A stretch of 64,000 nucleotides of DNA, from assembly GCF_006345805.1 (NCBI RefSeq), contig NC_043004.1, positions 86,304,001-86,368,000 of the forward strand, written 5' to 3'. Both the position numbers and the translations under genes were made by a program. How positions within the stretch are numbered: position 1 is the first letter of the stretch; every line of letters starts with the position of its first letter. Under the pieces are notes generated by a model, which was given only the letters and a program-made list of their open reading frames with translations, was not told the DNA's origin and did not search any database. Shown one piece after another: positions 52,182-64,000 of the stretch. This DNA comes from Octopus sinensis. Its lineage: Eukaryota.

Positions 52182-53105
52182 CTAGAGAGAAAGAGAGAAA
52201 GAATTGAAAATAAAAATTATCTTCACAAATATAAAAACATATATATATAATTTATATACACATATATACATGTGTACAAATATACACACACATACATACA
52301 CACACTTACACATTTGTAAGTGCGCGTACAGTTAAAAAAGGATTCATATAATAATATACATTTCCTTGGGCAAGAAGCCAATTTGTTTTATTAAGAGAAA
52401 GGAATATATAATTTATATGTCTAATCATAAAATATTGATTGACCACTTAATCAGAAATTCATAAAATATCGATTGATCACTTCATCACATATTCATAGCA
52501 AAAATAAAAAAGAGAGATTGTGTGATATTTTTGCTCTTCTCAGGGGCAGAAGCAATGCTAGTGGAATGGAGTCACTTCATCAGTGGAGTAAAACCGACTT
52601 GACACACAAGATTACCACAAGTTATACGATTCAATCATAATACATGATTGAACAGTAGAACATATATATATATTACCATATTTTTTTTCTTCAATCATAG
52701 TATCTTTCTGATTGCTTATTTTCTCAACTGTTATGCAATGAAATACTGATTTCTGTGAAGCTATGACTATGAGGTCATAGCTTCACAGTTTGCTTCCCCA
52801 CCACATGGTTTTGGGGTCCAGTCACACTGTGTGGCACCTCCAGCCAGTGTCTATTGCAATAGCCTCGGGCATTAGCAGATGGAAACTAAAAGAAGCTTGT
52901 CATATATATATATTAATAGGGAAGGCCGGTTTATTGGGATTACCTAAGGTTTCCCATCCATAAAGGGTTTAGTTTTATGGTATATCACCAGATCCCGAAA
53001 ACCTGTTGGCCCATGACTTCTTCAAAATATGGAGGGGTAAAAGCCTAACTATCCAAAGGTAACAATTGGAGATTATCTCCCTTTGCTATTGGCTATCGTG
53101 CCCCC

Positions 53106-53129
<24 letters not shown>

Positions 53130-53156
<27 letters not shown>

Positions 53157-53359
53157 CTTGTTTCAGTCATTTTACTGAGGCCATGCTGAAGCACTAACTT
53201 CAGTTGCACAAATTAACCCCAGGACTTATTCTTTGTAACCCTAGTACTTACTCTATCGACCTCATTTGCCAAACTGCTAATGTTACGGGGATGCAAACAT
53301 ACCAACATTGGTTGTCAAGTGATGGTGTGGGGGAACAAACACATACACAAAAATATATA

Positions 53360-53400
<41 letters not shown>

Positions 53401-53620
53401 CTTGTTTCAGTCATTTTACTGAGGCCATGCTGAAGCACTAACTTCAGTTGCACAAATTAACCCCAGGACTTATTCTTTGTAACCCTAGTACTTACTCTAT
53501 CGACCTCATTTGCCAAACTGCTAATGTTACGGGGATGCAAACATACCAACATTGGTTGTCAAGTGATGGTGTGGGGGAACAAACACATACACAAAAATAT
53601 ATACTTATATATATATATAT
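53130..53620. repeat. 244-bp tandem duplication
   Basis: Identical ORF starts at 53204 and 53448; units bounded by (TA)n. Confidence 0.9.
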
Positions 53621-54178
53621 ATATATATAAGCACAGTAGTGCCTGTATGGCAAGTAGCTTGCTTACCAACCACATGGTTCCATGTTCAGTCCCACTGCAT
53701 GGCACATCGGGCAAGTGTCTTTTACTATAGCCTTGGGCCAACCAAAGCCTTCAAAGTGAATTTGGTAGACGAAAACTGAAAGAAGCCTGTCATGTATATA
53801 TATATATATATGTGTATGTGTGTGTATTCGTGTGTCTGTGTTTGTCCCCCCACCCACCCCATCCCCACCATCAGTTGACAACCGATGTTGGTGCATTTAC
53901 ATCCTCGTAACTTAGCGGTTCGGGGTTAGGCAAACGAGACCAAAAGAATAAGTAGTAAGTTTATAAAGAATAATTCCTGGGGTTGATTTCTTCAACTAAA
54001 GGTGGTGCCCCAGCAGGGCTGCAGTCAAATGACTGAAACAAATAAAAGAATATATAATGGGCTTTTATTAGTTTCCATCTACCAAATCCACTCACTTGCC
54101 CAACGTGCCACACAGTGGGGCTGAACCTGGAACCATGTGGTTGGGAAGCAAACCTCTTACCACACAGCCATGCCTGCA

Positions 54179-54224
<46 letters not shown>

Positions 54225-54972
54225 TGTATGTTTTTGTGTCTGTGTTTGTCCCCCACCACAACTTGATAGTTTGTTTACATCCCCGTTACTTAGCAGTTTG
54301 GCTGGAGTGGGGTGGAATTACAGAATAAGTACCAGGGTTAAAAAGAAAAGTACTAAGGTTGATTAATTTGATTAAAGCTTCTCTGAATGGCCACAGTCTA
54401 ATGATTGAAACAAGCAAAAGATAAAAGGTGTGTGTGTGTGAATGTTGATGTTCTAAGGCCGTGCATGTCACTGCCAGAGTGATGTTGATGGTCTTTGCCA
54501 CGCTTCCCTTTCAAAGCATCTGGCTCTAAAATCCTGCCCCAAATTAGACTCGTGTGTGTGTGTGCATGTGCACACGTGTGTGAGAAAGGACAGGGAGTTA
54601 AAGAAATAAATTTTAATGAATATAAAATTTTTTTAAATTTCATGCAATTGAAGGCCTGCCATCCAGAAAATACTATGATTATTTCATCATTAAACCAACC
54701 ACAACATGCAAAGATTTGGTTTAGAATATTGATTCACAGGTATCACATACCTGGTAATGAAATTATTTCAATTCTCTATTATTATTTTTACCAGGCCTTT
54801 TTTTTTTTTACCAATTATATTTTTGCTTTAGAAGGAAGACTATTTTTTTAACCACATCACAAGACAAGACAAAAAAATTAATAAATCGTTGCGAGCCAGA
54901 GATATGAAGCAACTCAATTAATCGATATTATAAATTGAGTATCATTAAAAAAGAAATAATTTCAATAATTAC

Positions 54973-55191
54973 ACCAAAGGGATCGGCTTTGTCCCATGAA
55001 ATCTGTGAACCCCAGCTGGCAGGGCGTAACTTTTCAGGTAAGGATTCTGGGACAGCAACTAATATGAACAAAATATCGAGCACGGCTACAGCCGTCGCTA
55101 GCCAAATCACTAGAGTATCACTGTACAGCCGCTCCAAATATGCCCCAATGGCCGGACTTGTGACTAAACTGGCAGCAAAAGTAGCTGATAC
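54973..55191 (-). CDS. MFSD14A: HIAT1/MFSD14-like MFS transporter exon (most upstream seen)
   Basis: VSATFAASLVTSPAIGAYLERLYSDTLVIWLATAVAVLDILFILVAVPESLPEKLRPASWGSQISWDKADPFG closely resembles vertebrate HIAT1 as recalled; AG/GT boundaries. Confidence 0.95.
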
Positions 55192-56070
55192 CTGCAGAGA
55201 AGAAAGAAAGAGAATATGCATTTTAAAAACAAGTAATAATTTCTCATATAAGAAGCAAGATCAAACACTAGAAGACGAGGAGGAAGGAAAGAAGGAAGCC
55301 GGAAAGAATGAAGAGAGAAAGGAGGAAGAAAGACGAGGAAAAGAGAGAAGAGGAAAAGGCAGAGGAGGGAAAAAGAGGAGAGAAAGAATGAAGTCGGAAA
55401 GAATGAAGAGAAAAAGGAGGAAGAGGGAAAGAGAGGAAGAGGAGGAGAAGGAAGAGTATGGATGCTTTTACATGCCACCAACACAGGTGGCATTTGTATG
55501 ACACTGATATCTGCCACGACTGCGATTTTGCTCAGCTTAATGGATCTTCTTCTCAAGCACAACATAATGCCAAAGGTCTCAGTCTCGTTATAAATATTAT
55601 CATCACTTTGTTCAACTTTGCCTTTCATTCTTTCAGGGTGGATTAAATAAGTACCAGTTGTGCACTGGGGTTGATGTAATCGACTTAATCCCTTCGTCTG
55701 TCCTTGTTTGTCCCCTCTATGTTTAGCCCCCTTTGGGCAACAAAGAAATAAATATTATCATCACTATCGTCGAAGCAGTGATAGAATTTTGAAGTTGTTA
55801 TTATCATTGCTGTGGTGCAGCAGTAGATGTGCAGTTAAGACATTCACTGGGGCAAAGTGTCCTTTATAATAGCCTGGAACTGACCAATGTCTTCTAAGTA
55901 AATCTGGTTGATGGAAACTGTATGGAAGCCTAGCAGATGTGTATGAATTTGTGTCTTCGTGTCTGTGATTGTCCTCTGTCCTACCATTTAACAACCGGTG
56001 TTAGTTTGGTTAGATTTTGTAACTTAGCAGTTCAACAAAAGAAACCGATAGAATAGGCACCATACTTTAA

Positions 56071-56294
56071 CCATTTAGCAATTAAACTGGTCACACCCAT
56101 TTCAAATATTCTACTTGTTTTATATTCAATCTGATTAGATCCAGCCTCTCACACCTACCCTACAATGTCATCCCCCAAAAAAATAAACAATCACATCAGA
56201 GAAATCTCAAAGTTATGAGATAATGCATGATTAATTCAACACCTTGTGATTAAATAAACATTACATTTGACTGAGTTATTTGAATGCGACAGGG
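56071..56294. mobile_element. piggyBac-type MITE
   Basis: TTAA|ccatttagca ... gcgacaggg|TTAA; sits inside a family-A SINE. Confidence 0.75.
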
Positions 56295-57265
56295 TTAACA
56301 AACAAATTGAGATCAATCTGTTTGACAAAATTAAAAAGAAAATCTACAAGGCAGTGCTCCAGCATAGCCACAATCCAATTAACTTAAGTAAAAAGTAAAA
56401 GGCAATACATGTTTTTCAGGTCTGATCTCACTGTGTGGCACCTCAGGTAAGAATCTATTATGGCCTCAGGTTGAATAATGCTTTGAGAGTGAAATATGGC
56501 AGCTGAAAACTCATTCATACACATGCACGCAATGCTTGTATTTATATTTGTGTGTACATGTTGACATAAACACAGTCATCAAAAAAAAATTCAACAGGTG
56601 TTACATCAGTAACATAACTTAGCCATCAATAAAATTAAGTTTCAGAATCGCACTGGTTCCATAAGTGAACTTGGTGCGAGACCACATGTTGAGACTAAAG
56701 CAATTACAGCATGACTGTTATTCTAGCTGTTTAATAACATAAAGCTACTACACCGACCTTTTTTTAAATTATTTCATGAGGTGCCGGTGACACATAAAAA
56801 GTGCCATTTGAGTGTAGCCAATGCCTGACTGGCTCCTGTGTGTCGGTGGCATGTAAAAAGCACCATTTGAATGTGGAGGATGCGAGTGCCGCCTGCTGGT
56901 GGCACATAAAAAAGCACTCACTACACTCTCGGAATGGTTGGCGTTAGGAAGGGTATCCAGCTGTAGAAACTTTGCCAAATCGGATTGGAGCCTGGTGCAG
57001 CCTCCCAGCTCGCCAATCCTCAGTCAAACCATCCAACTTACACCAGCATGGAAAGCGGACGTTAAATGACGATGGTGATGATCACGATGATGATGAAGTG
57101 TCGTAAAATATATTAAAGATGAATTTTAACACCTTTGCGTTATTAAATAGGGAGACAGAAATAAGTACTAGCTTGAAATAAATAGTGTCGTCGGTATGAT
57201 GGACTAAAACATTTGAAATACAATACCCCAGTATAACCACAGTCCTAATGACAGAAACCAGTTAA

Positions 57266-57854
57266 CCCTTTAGCATGTAAACAAGCCATATCCGGGCCAA
57301 ATATTTTAACTACTTTATATTCAGATTGGCCTGATCCAGCCTTTCATACCTACCTACACTGTCATTCTAAAAATATACAAATATGTGGCTGTGTGGTAAG
57401 TAGCTTGCTTACCAACCACATGGTTCCGGGTTCAGTCCCACTGTGTGGCACCTTGGGCAAGTGTCTTCTACTATAGCCTCAGGCTGACCAAAGCGTTGTG
57501 AGTGGATTTGGTAGACGGAAACTGAAAAGAAGCCCGTCGTATATATGTATATATGTGTGTGTGTGTGTGTGTGTATGTCTGTGTTTGTCCCCCCAACATC
57601 ACTTGACAACCGATGCTGGTGTGTTTATGTCCCCATAACTTAGCAGTTCGGCAAAAAGAATTACAAAGAATAATCCTGGGGTCGATTTGCTTGACTAAAG
57701 CTGGTGCTCCAGCATGGCCACAGTCAAATGACTGAAACCAGTAAAAAGAGTAAATACATCATTGAAATCTTGAAGCTACAAGATAATGCAGGATTAATTC
57801 AAAACTATGTGAATAAATAATTATATTTGATAGAATAATCTCAATGCTAAAGGG
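57266..57854. mobile_element. piggyBac-type MITE interrupted by a SINE
   Basis: TTAA|ccctttagcat ... atgctaaaggg|TTAG; family-A SINE at 57384-57752. Confidence 0.8.
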
Positions 57855-60800
57855 TTAGAGTCCACAGCTTTTGTATTGGTGAGGTGTCAATGTGGATGAT
57901 ATTTAGTTTGATATCAATTGTAGTTTGATGTTTCTAAAGTTGCAACACTCAAGAATCCCTGGGAAGTGGAATGAGAGATACACAGTATGACAGAATGAGA
58001 TGACTGGGCAGGGCTGTCTAGATTCTGACATTTAAGCTGTTTTGGTGACAGTTTGTGCTGGCAGTGGAGGAAAGTACAGATATATACACAGACACATGCA
58101 CATAGAAATATACAAGTATAGAGTGAGAAGGAAAATGAGACATACATACAAACCTAACTACACATTCAGAGAGAGAAAGAAACCTTAAAACACCTGATCT
58201 CAAATAAATCACTGTCAAGTCAGTAATGTCAAATAGATGGTGCCAATACAGCTGTGCCAAAACGTCTCATACCCATAGTGTGGAATGCTGAGAGAAGGAA
58301 AGGAGAATGCGTAGATAAGGATAGAAGACAGCATGTATGTCTGAGTATTACTGGCACCAGAATACTGGTGGGTGAATGCCTGCTAATTGAGTGTCACTCT
58401 TACATTTCAGATCATGATGCAGAAAAGTTTAACTGTGGAATCCACATTTAAACTTCTCCGCATCATAATCCGAAATGTAAGATTTTCTTTCGACCATGAT
58501 GATGGAGGCTTGAATTATCCAATGTTTATTTGCTTCCATTACAGCCTGCATATAATGGTAAAACTACATCCGCCAAGATTATGATGGATCTCTGAGCCCC
58601 CAGAAACAGTTGTTGGACTTATAACACCTTACATCTTCCCCTTTGGCAGAAGATGACTGGGCAGGGCTGTCTAGATTCTGACAATTTCTCTGTTGTGTGT
58701 ACTGTTATAGCCACATCTGCTCCTATCTTGAGATTTGGGGGGGGGGGTTATAATCTCATGTAAACTTTAATCTTTTGTTTGTTTTTTTTTCTTTTACTGG
58801 TTTCAGTCATTTGAGTGCAGCCATGCTGGAGCACTGCCTTTAGTCGAAGAAATCGACCCCAGGACTTATTCATTCTAAGCCTAGTACTTATTCTATCGGT
58901 GTCTTTTGCCGAACCACTAAGTTATGGGGATCTTCACGTAAAAAGCACGATCTGATTGTGGCACGTAAAAAGCACCCACTACACTCATGGAGTGGTTGGC
59001 GTTAGGAAGGGCATCCAGCCGTCGAAACATTGCCAGATCAGACTGGGCCTGGTGCAGCCTTCTGGCTTCCCAGACCCCAGTTGAACTGTCCAACCCATGC
59101 TAGCATGGAAAGCAGACGCTAAACGATGATGATGATATATTTATACTTAAATATTCATCATATGAAAGTCTTCAGCCTTTGCTTTCTTTCTGTTTGCATG
59201 TATACATATATAAGGTACTTGCCCCAAAGTGCCATGCAGTGAGACTGAACCTGGAACCATGTGGCTGAGAAGCAAGCTTTTTCCCACATAGCCACATCTG
59301 CTCCCATCTTGAGATTTGAGGATTTTTTTTATAATCTCATGTAAACTTTAATCTTTTTTTTTTCTTCTTTTATTGGTTTCAGTCATTTGACTGTGGCCAT
59401 GCTGGAGCACTGCCTTTAGTTGAAGAAATCGACCCCAGGACTTATTCTTTGTAAGCCTAGTACTTATTCTATTGGTCTCTTCTGTTGAACTGCTAAGTTA
59501 CAGGGATATAAACACACCAACATCAGTGTCAAGCATTGGTAGAGAGGGATAAATAAAGACACACAAATACACACACATACACACACAAACATATACATAT
59601 ATACGATGGGCTTCTTTCAGTTTCCATCTACCAAATCCACTCACAAGCCTTTGGTCAGCCCAAGGCTATAGTAGAAGACACTTACCAAGCAGTGGGACTG
59701 AACCCGGAACCATGTGGTTGGGAAGTAAGCTTCTTACCACACAGCCACTCCTGCACCTAATTTGCTAATTACTCCAGCAAATACCAGACAATTTCATTGA
59801 CTCTTGTTACATATAAATGAAGAACTATATCCTGAAGGAGTGGCTGGAATCCAAAACATTATCAGTAGGCTTAAGGGAAATGCCTGGTTATACATAAAAT
59901 AGAGTTATATTCTAGATAAATTCCCAGTGCTACCAATACTCCATTTCAAATACAGGGCTTTTGAGGAATTAGATGTCTTAATGATTATCAAGTAAAGATA
60001 ATCTGGATATCACACTTATGATTAAAATAATTAAATTGGCTGACAAGGATATGAAACTAAAAAGTTAAAATACTTCCTCAATCTGTCTGTTACAGATAAA
60101 AATTATTACGGATTATTATAACAGATTATATATATATATATATTCACACACACAGCATATACACACATGGAAATACAATTTGCACACATACACATGCATG
60201 TTAACATATATGTATACATATAAACACAAACACACTAACATTCACATAAGTGTACATACACAAACTCACATACACATGCACAGATCTACAACACACACAT
60301 GTATACATATAAACACATTTACATACATGTATATACACAAACCTGTACACACATAGAAACATCGCACACACACACACACACACACACATACACACAACAT
60401 AAAAACATTCATATATACATAAACCCATACACACACACATACACAACATGCATGCATACACATATACATGTATTCATATATACTTTTCTACTCTGGGCAC
60501 AAGGCCCAACATTTTTGGGGAGGGGGCCAGTCAACTGGTACTTAATTTATCAATCCCGGAAGGATGAAAAGCAAAGATGACCTCACCGGAATTTGAACTC
60601 AGAATGTGAAGACAGATGAAATACCACTAAGCATTTCGCCCTGCATGCTAACATTTCTGCCAGCTTGCCACCTTACATGTACTTGTATATAATAACATAT
60701 GTGTATATATACACATACATGTATATATACACATCCATATTCACAAGACAAAGTGGATGAGAACATTAGAAGAGGAAAAGCAGGAGAAAGTAGTGACTGC

Positions 60801-61020
60801 TAACCAAGTAGGAAGCACACACATTGTTAAGAAGGCCATGTAAAGTACATTAATATGTACATACAGATTGGTAAATGTGTGGGTGTGAGAGAGCAAAAGT
60901 GAGATTAAGTACCTGGTGTGATTGAAAATGTGTATAACAAAAATAAAAATGAAGATCTCTGGGAAAACCTGTTAGTTAATACCAGAAAATACTTTGCAAC
61001 AAGGATACCTCTATGTGGTT

Positions 61021-61301
61021 TCTTCAATCTGCTAAAAGTAGAAGCCATATAGCCATCAAATGATACCTCTAATGTCTTAACCCATTAGCATTTAAACCGG
61101 CTATATCCGGCCAAAAGTATTCTGCTTGTTTTATGTTCAAACTGGCCATATCTGGTCTCTCACACCAACCCTACAATATCGTTTTAAAAATTAACAGCTA
61201 CCTCATCAAAATCTCATAGCTACAAGATAATGCATGATTAATTCAAAACAATGTGGATGAAAATGCCTTAATTTGGGTAGAATAATGCGAACACTAAAGG
61301 G
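61021..61301. mobile_element. piggyBac-type MITE
   Basis: TTAA|cccattagcat ... cactaaaggg|TTAA; same internal sequence as the two other copies. Confidence 0.82.
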
Positions 61302-62079
61302 TTAAATATAAAAGAGTGGTCACAGCTGGAATGCCAATGATCTTGGGCCGATTTAACACTGAACAAGATTCAAAGAGCTAAACTAGGAACCTAACATGGG
61401 GCGGGGGGGGGGGCGCCCTGACGCAATACTAGGTAGTGGCTCTCATAGCTTCTGATCTTAACTGATTGGAATTGCTATCATGTACATGTTTTTGCCGTTA
61501 TGAAAAAGATGGGCTACAGCAAATATTCTGCTTGATACCACAGATTTGCTTGTGCTTGACAAACCCTTATCAAATGGGTAGTCATGATGGGTATATTGGG
61601 CTTTATATATTTCTACCCCATCATTACTTTGATGGCATGTGCTGCCCTCTCACTCAATATATATATATATATCATCATCATCATCGTTTAGCATCCGTTT
61701 TCCATGCTAGCATGGGTTGGACGGTTCTACTGGGATCTGTGAAGCCAGAAGGCTTCATCAGGCCCAGTCAAATCTGGCAGTGTTTCTACGGCTGGATGCC
61801 CTTTAAAATTAAACTTAAATGTTGAAATGAATCGAACGGTTTTGTGTGTTTCTTAAATGGCTTACAAACACCTTCCACGCTGCAATTGTTTTCGTTTCAG
61901 CACACGATCTCAGATCAAATTACTTGCTATGCGAGTACATCTCCGTAATATATATTCAATATTATCTGGATAATAACCTCATAAGGTGCATTTAAAAGTT
62001 TCTATATTGGCTACCATATGCCATCAAACAGCAAAGTTATTCTTTGAGCTGTGTGTGTGTGTGTACATACACACACACA

Positions 62080-62121
62080 CAGTCTAATGAAGACTAGCAG
62101 GCCAAAACTTCGAAGTCACTG
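62080..62121 (+). ncRNA. Degenerate hammerhead relic
   Basis: cagt-CTAATGA-a-gact...ggcc-AAAA-cttcgaag-TC-actg; stem I and palindromic stem III intact, G5 and G12 mutated. Confidence 0.55.
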
Positions 62122-64000
62122 TCTTCTCTTTTCTTGTATAAATGTCTAAGAAACACGTACTTTACTAAAAAGTATTGAGTAATTTTCAGTCTAATGTTAA
62201 ATTGTTTTCACATATAATGATAAAAAATAAACATAAATACATATACATATGCACACACACACACACATATATATACAACCCGTTAAAATCCTATTTAAAA
62301 AAAAAACAAATCTTCCCTTCAATTCATTTCCTTTTTTCTCACTTAGATACCTGTACCCTTTATTGCTAACCCCTTCTCTCTGCAAGTAAATATTTCTTAC
62401 TTAACCCTATCACCACCACCACCAACACCACCTCAGACCCTTCTGTTAACACCTCCTCTCCCACTGCCCCTCCTTCTGTGATTTGCGGTTCCCACACCCA
62501 CAGCCTCTGTTTAGTCTATATTTACCTGCCTTATATTTATGTAATCTCTTTCTCTTTACTTTGTGTGTGTATGTGTGTGTGCATGCACGTGTGCCCTCAC
62601 TATACCTCTATACTTCTTGCTCCCCTGCCCACTTGTCCATACACACTATTTTCCCATAATTGCCCTGATTCACACAGACACTGGTTTCCACAACTGCGTA
62701 AAGTACACCCACTGCATCCTTGCTTCGAATCTTCACATGGCAAAGCATTAACGAATGTCATAAATGCGATACGTTCAGACTTCCACCCAGCTACATATAC
62801 CATGCATTTAAGAAGTTCACATTGCAACCAAGCGGTTTTGGGGTTCAGTCCCACTATACACCTTGTAGGTCCTGTCCAATCAATGTCGTATAAGTGAACT
62901 TGGTAGACAATTTGTGTGTGTGTGCGTGTTTATACATGCACACACAAATGTAGACAGATAGACAGAAAGATACATACATACTAATACATACTGATAGATA
63001 TATAAATAGATATATACATACTGATAGCTGGAAAAATACATATATAAATACTGATAGATAGATACATACATACATACAGACATGTTCGTACACAAATACA
63101 TAGTCATATCTGTATGTATGTACATGCAGACAGGTTTATACATACAGACAGACAGACAGACAGGTATATATGTATGAACATACATAGACAGACACAGAGA
63201 TAGATAGAATAGACAGACATAAAATTGTTACTTGCACCGTATGCAGCAAAACGATGATTCGTACATTTATATCTCATACATTTTGGCAGATTTTTTTATA
63301 CACAGACACACACACACACATATTTCCTTTATTTTTAATTTGAAATCACAAAATGACTCAGGGGCTAAGAATTTTATATATGCCACTTGATAAATCTCTC
63401 AGCTCTTCAGTTAGTTAAATTCTGCCAATTAAAAATAATATATATATATATATATATCTCCTCATCATCATTATCATCGTTTAACATCCGTTTTCCCTGC
63501 TGGCATGGGTTGGATAGTTTCACTGGGGACTGACAAGCCAGGAGGCTCTACCAGGCTCCAATCTGATCTGGCTGTGTTTCTACAACTGGATGCCCTTCTT
63601 AACGCCAACGAGTTCAAGAATGTAGTGGGTGTTTTTCATGTGCCACCAGCATAGGAGCCGGTCAGGTGGCACTGGCATTGACCATGTACGGACAGTGCTG
63701 TTTACATGCCACCAGCATGGGGAGTCAGTCAGGCGGCGCTGGCAACAACTCACACATGAATGTAGCTTATTGTGTGTCACAACTACAAGTTTCCATTTGA
63801 TTGTGATTTGATTTTTGATTTTGATTTTACTTGACTCAATATATATATACATACATACATAGTTATGTACATTTGTACATACATACATACAGACAGATAT
63901 ATATGTATGTACATATATATAGACAGACAGGTACATATGTACATACATACATACATACATACATACATAGATATATACATACATATATACATACATACAT

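Noticed and set aside
54935-55628. 188-aa and 154-aa ORFs
   Set aside because: Antisense or off-frame readings of the HIAT1 exon plus a purine-rich simple repeat
55192-64000. Upstream HIAT1 exons (e.g. the FAYVAD-containing exon)
   Set aside because: Not found by eye; probably beyond the window end, so none called

Overview
AT-rich, microsatellite-dense eukaryotic genomic DNA. The SINE repertoire and repeat landscape suggest a coleoid cephalopod, probably Octopus (inference). Two convergent multi-exon genes are partly contained. On + are the last four coding exons of a membrane-anchored type-B carboxylesterase/neuroligin-family protein (2633-18972). On - are the last eight coding exons of an MFS transporter, HIAT1/MFSD14 (55191-37162). 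All exon junctions are GT-AG and phase-consistent. Introns and intergenic DNA hold a decayed Chapaev3-type (CMC) transposon, a non-autonomous tRNA-Trp-primed LTR element, a Helitron-like element, hAT, piggyBac and mariner MITEs, R4/Dong and RTE LINE fragments, and several tRNA-derived SINE families. The most notable signal is a set of short Penelope-like elements carrying minimal hammerhead ribozymes. These include compensatory G3-C8 and U3-A8 core variants, and one copy whose fold-back junction falls exactly on the predicted cleavage site. Almost all ORFs in the supplied track are microsatellite or repeat artefacts.
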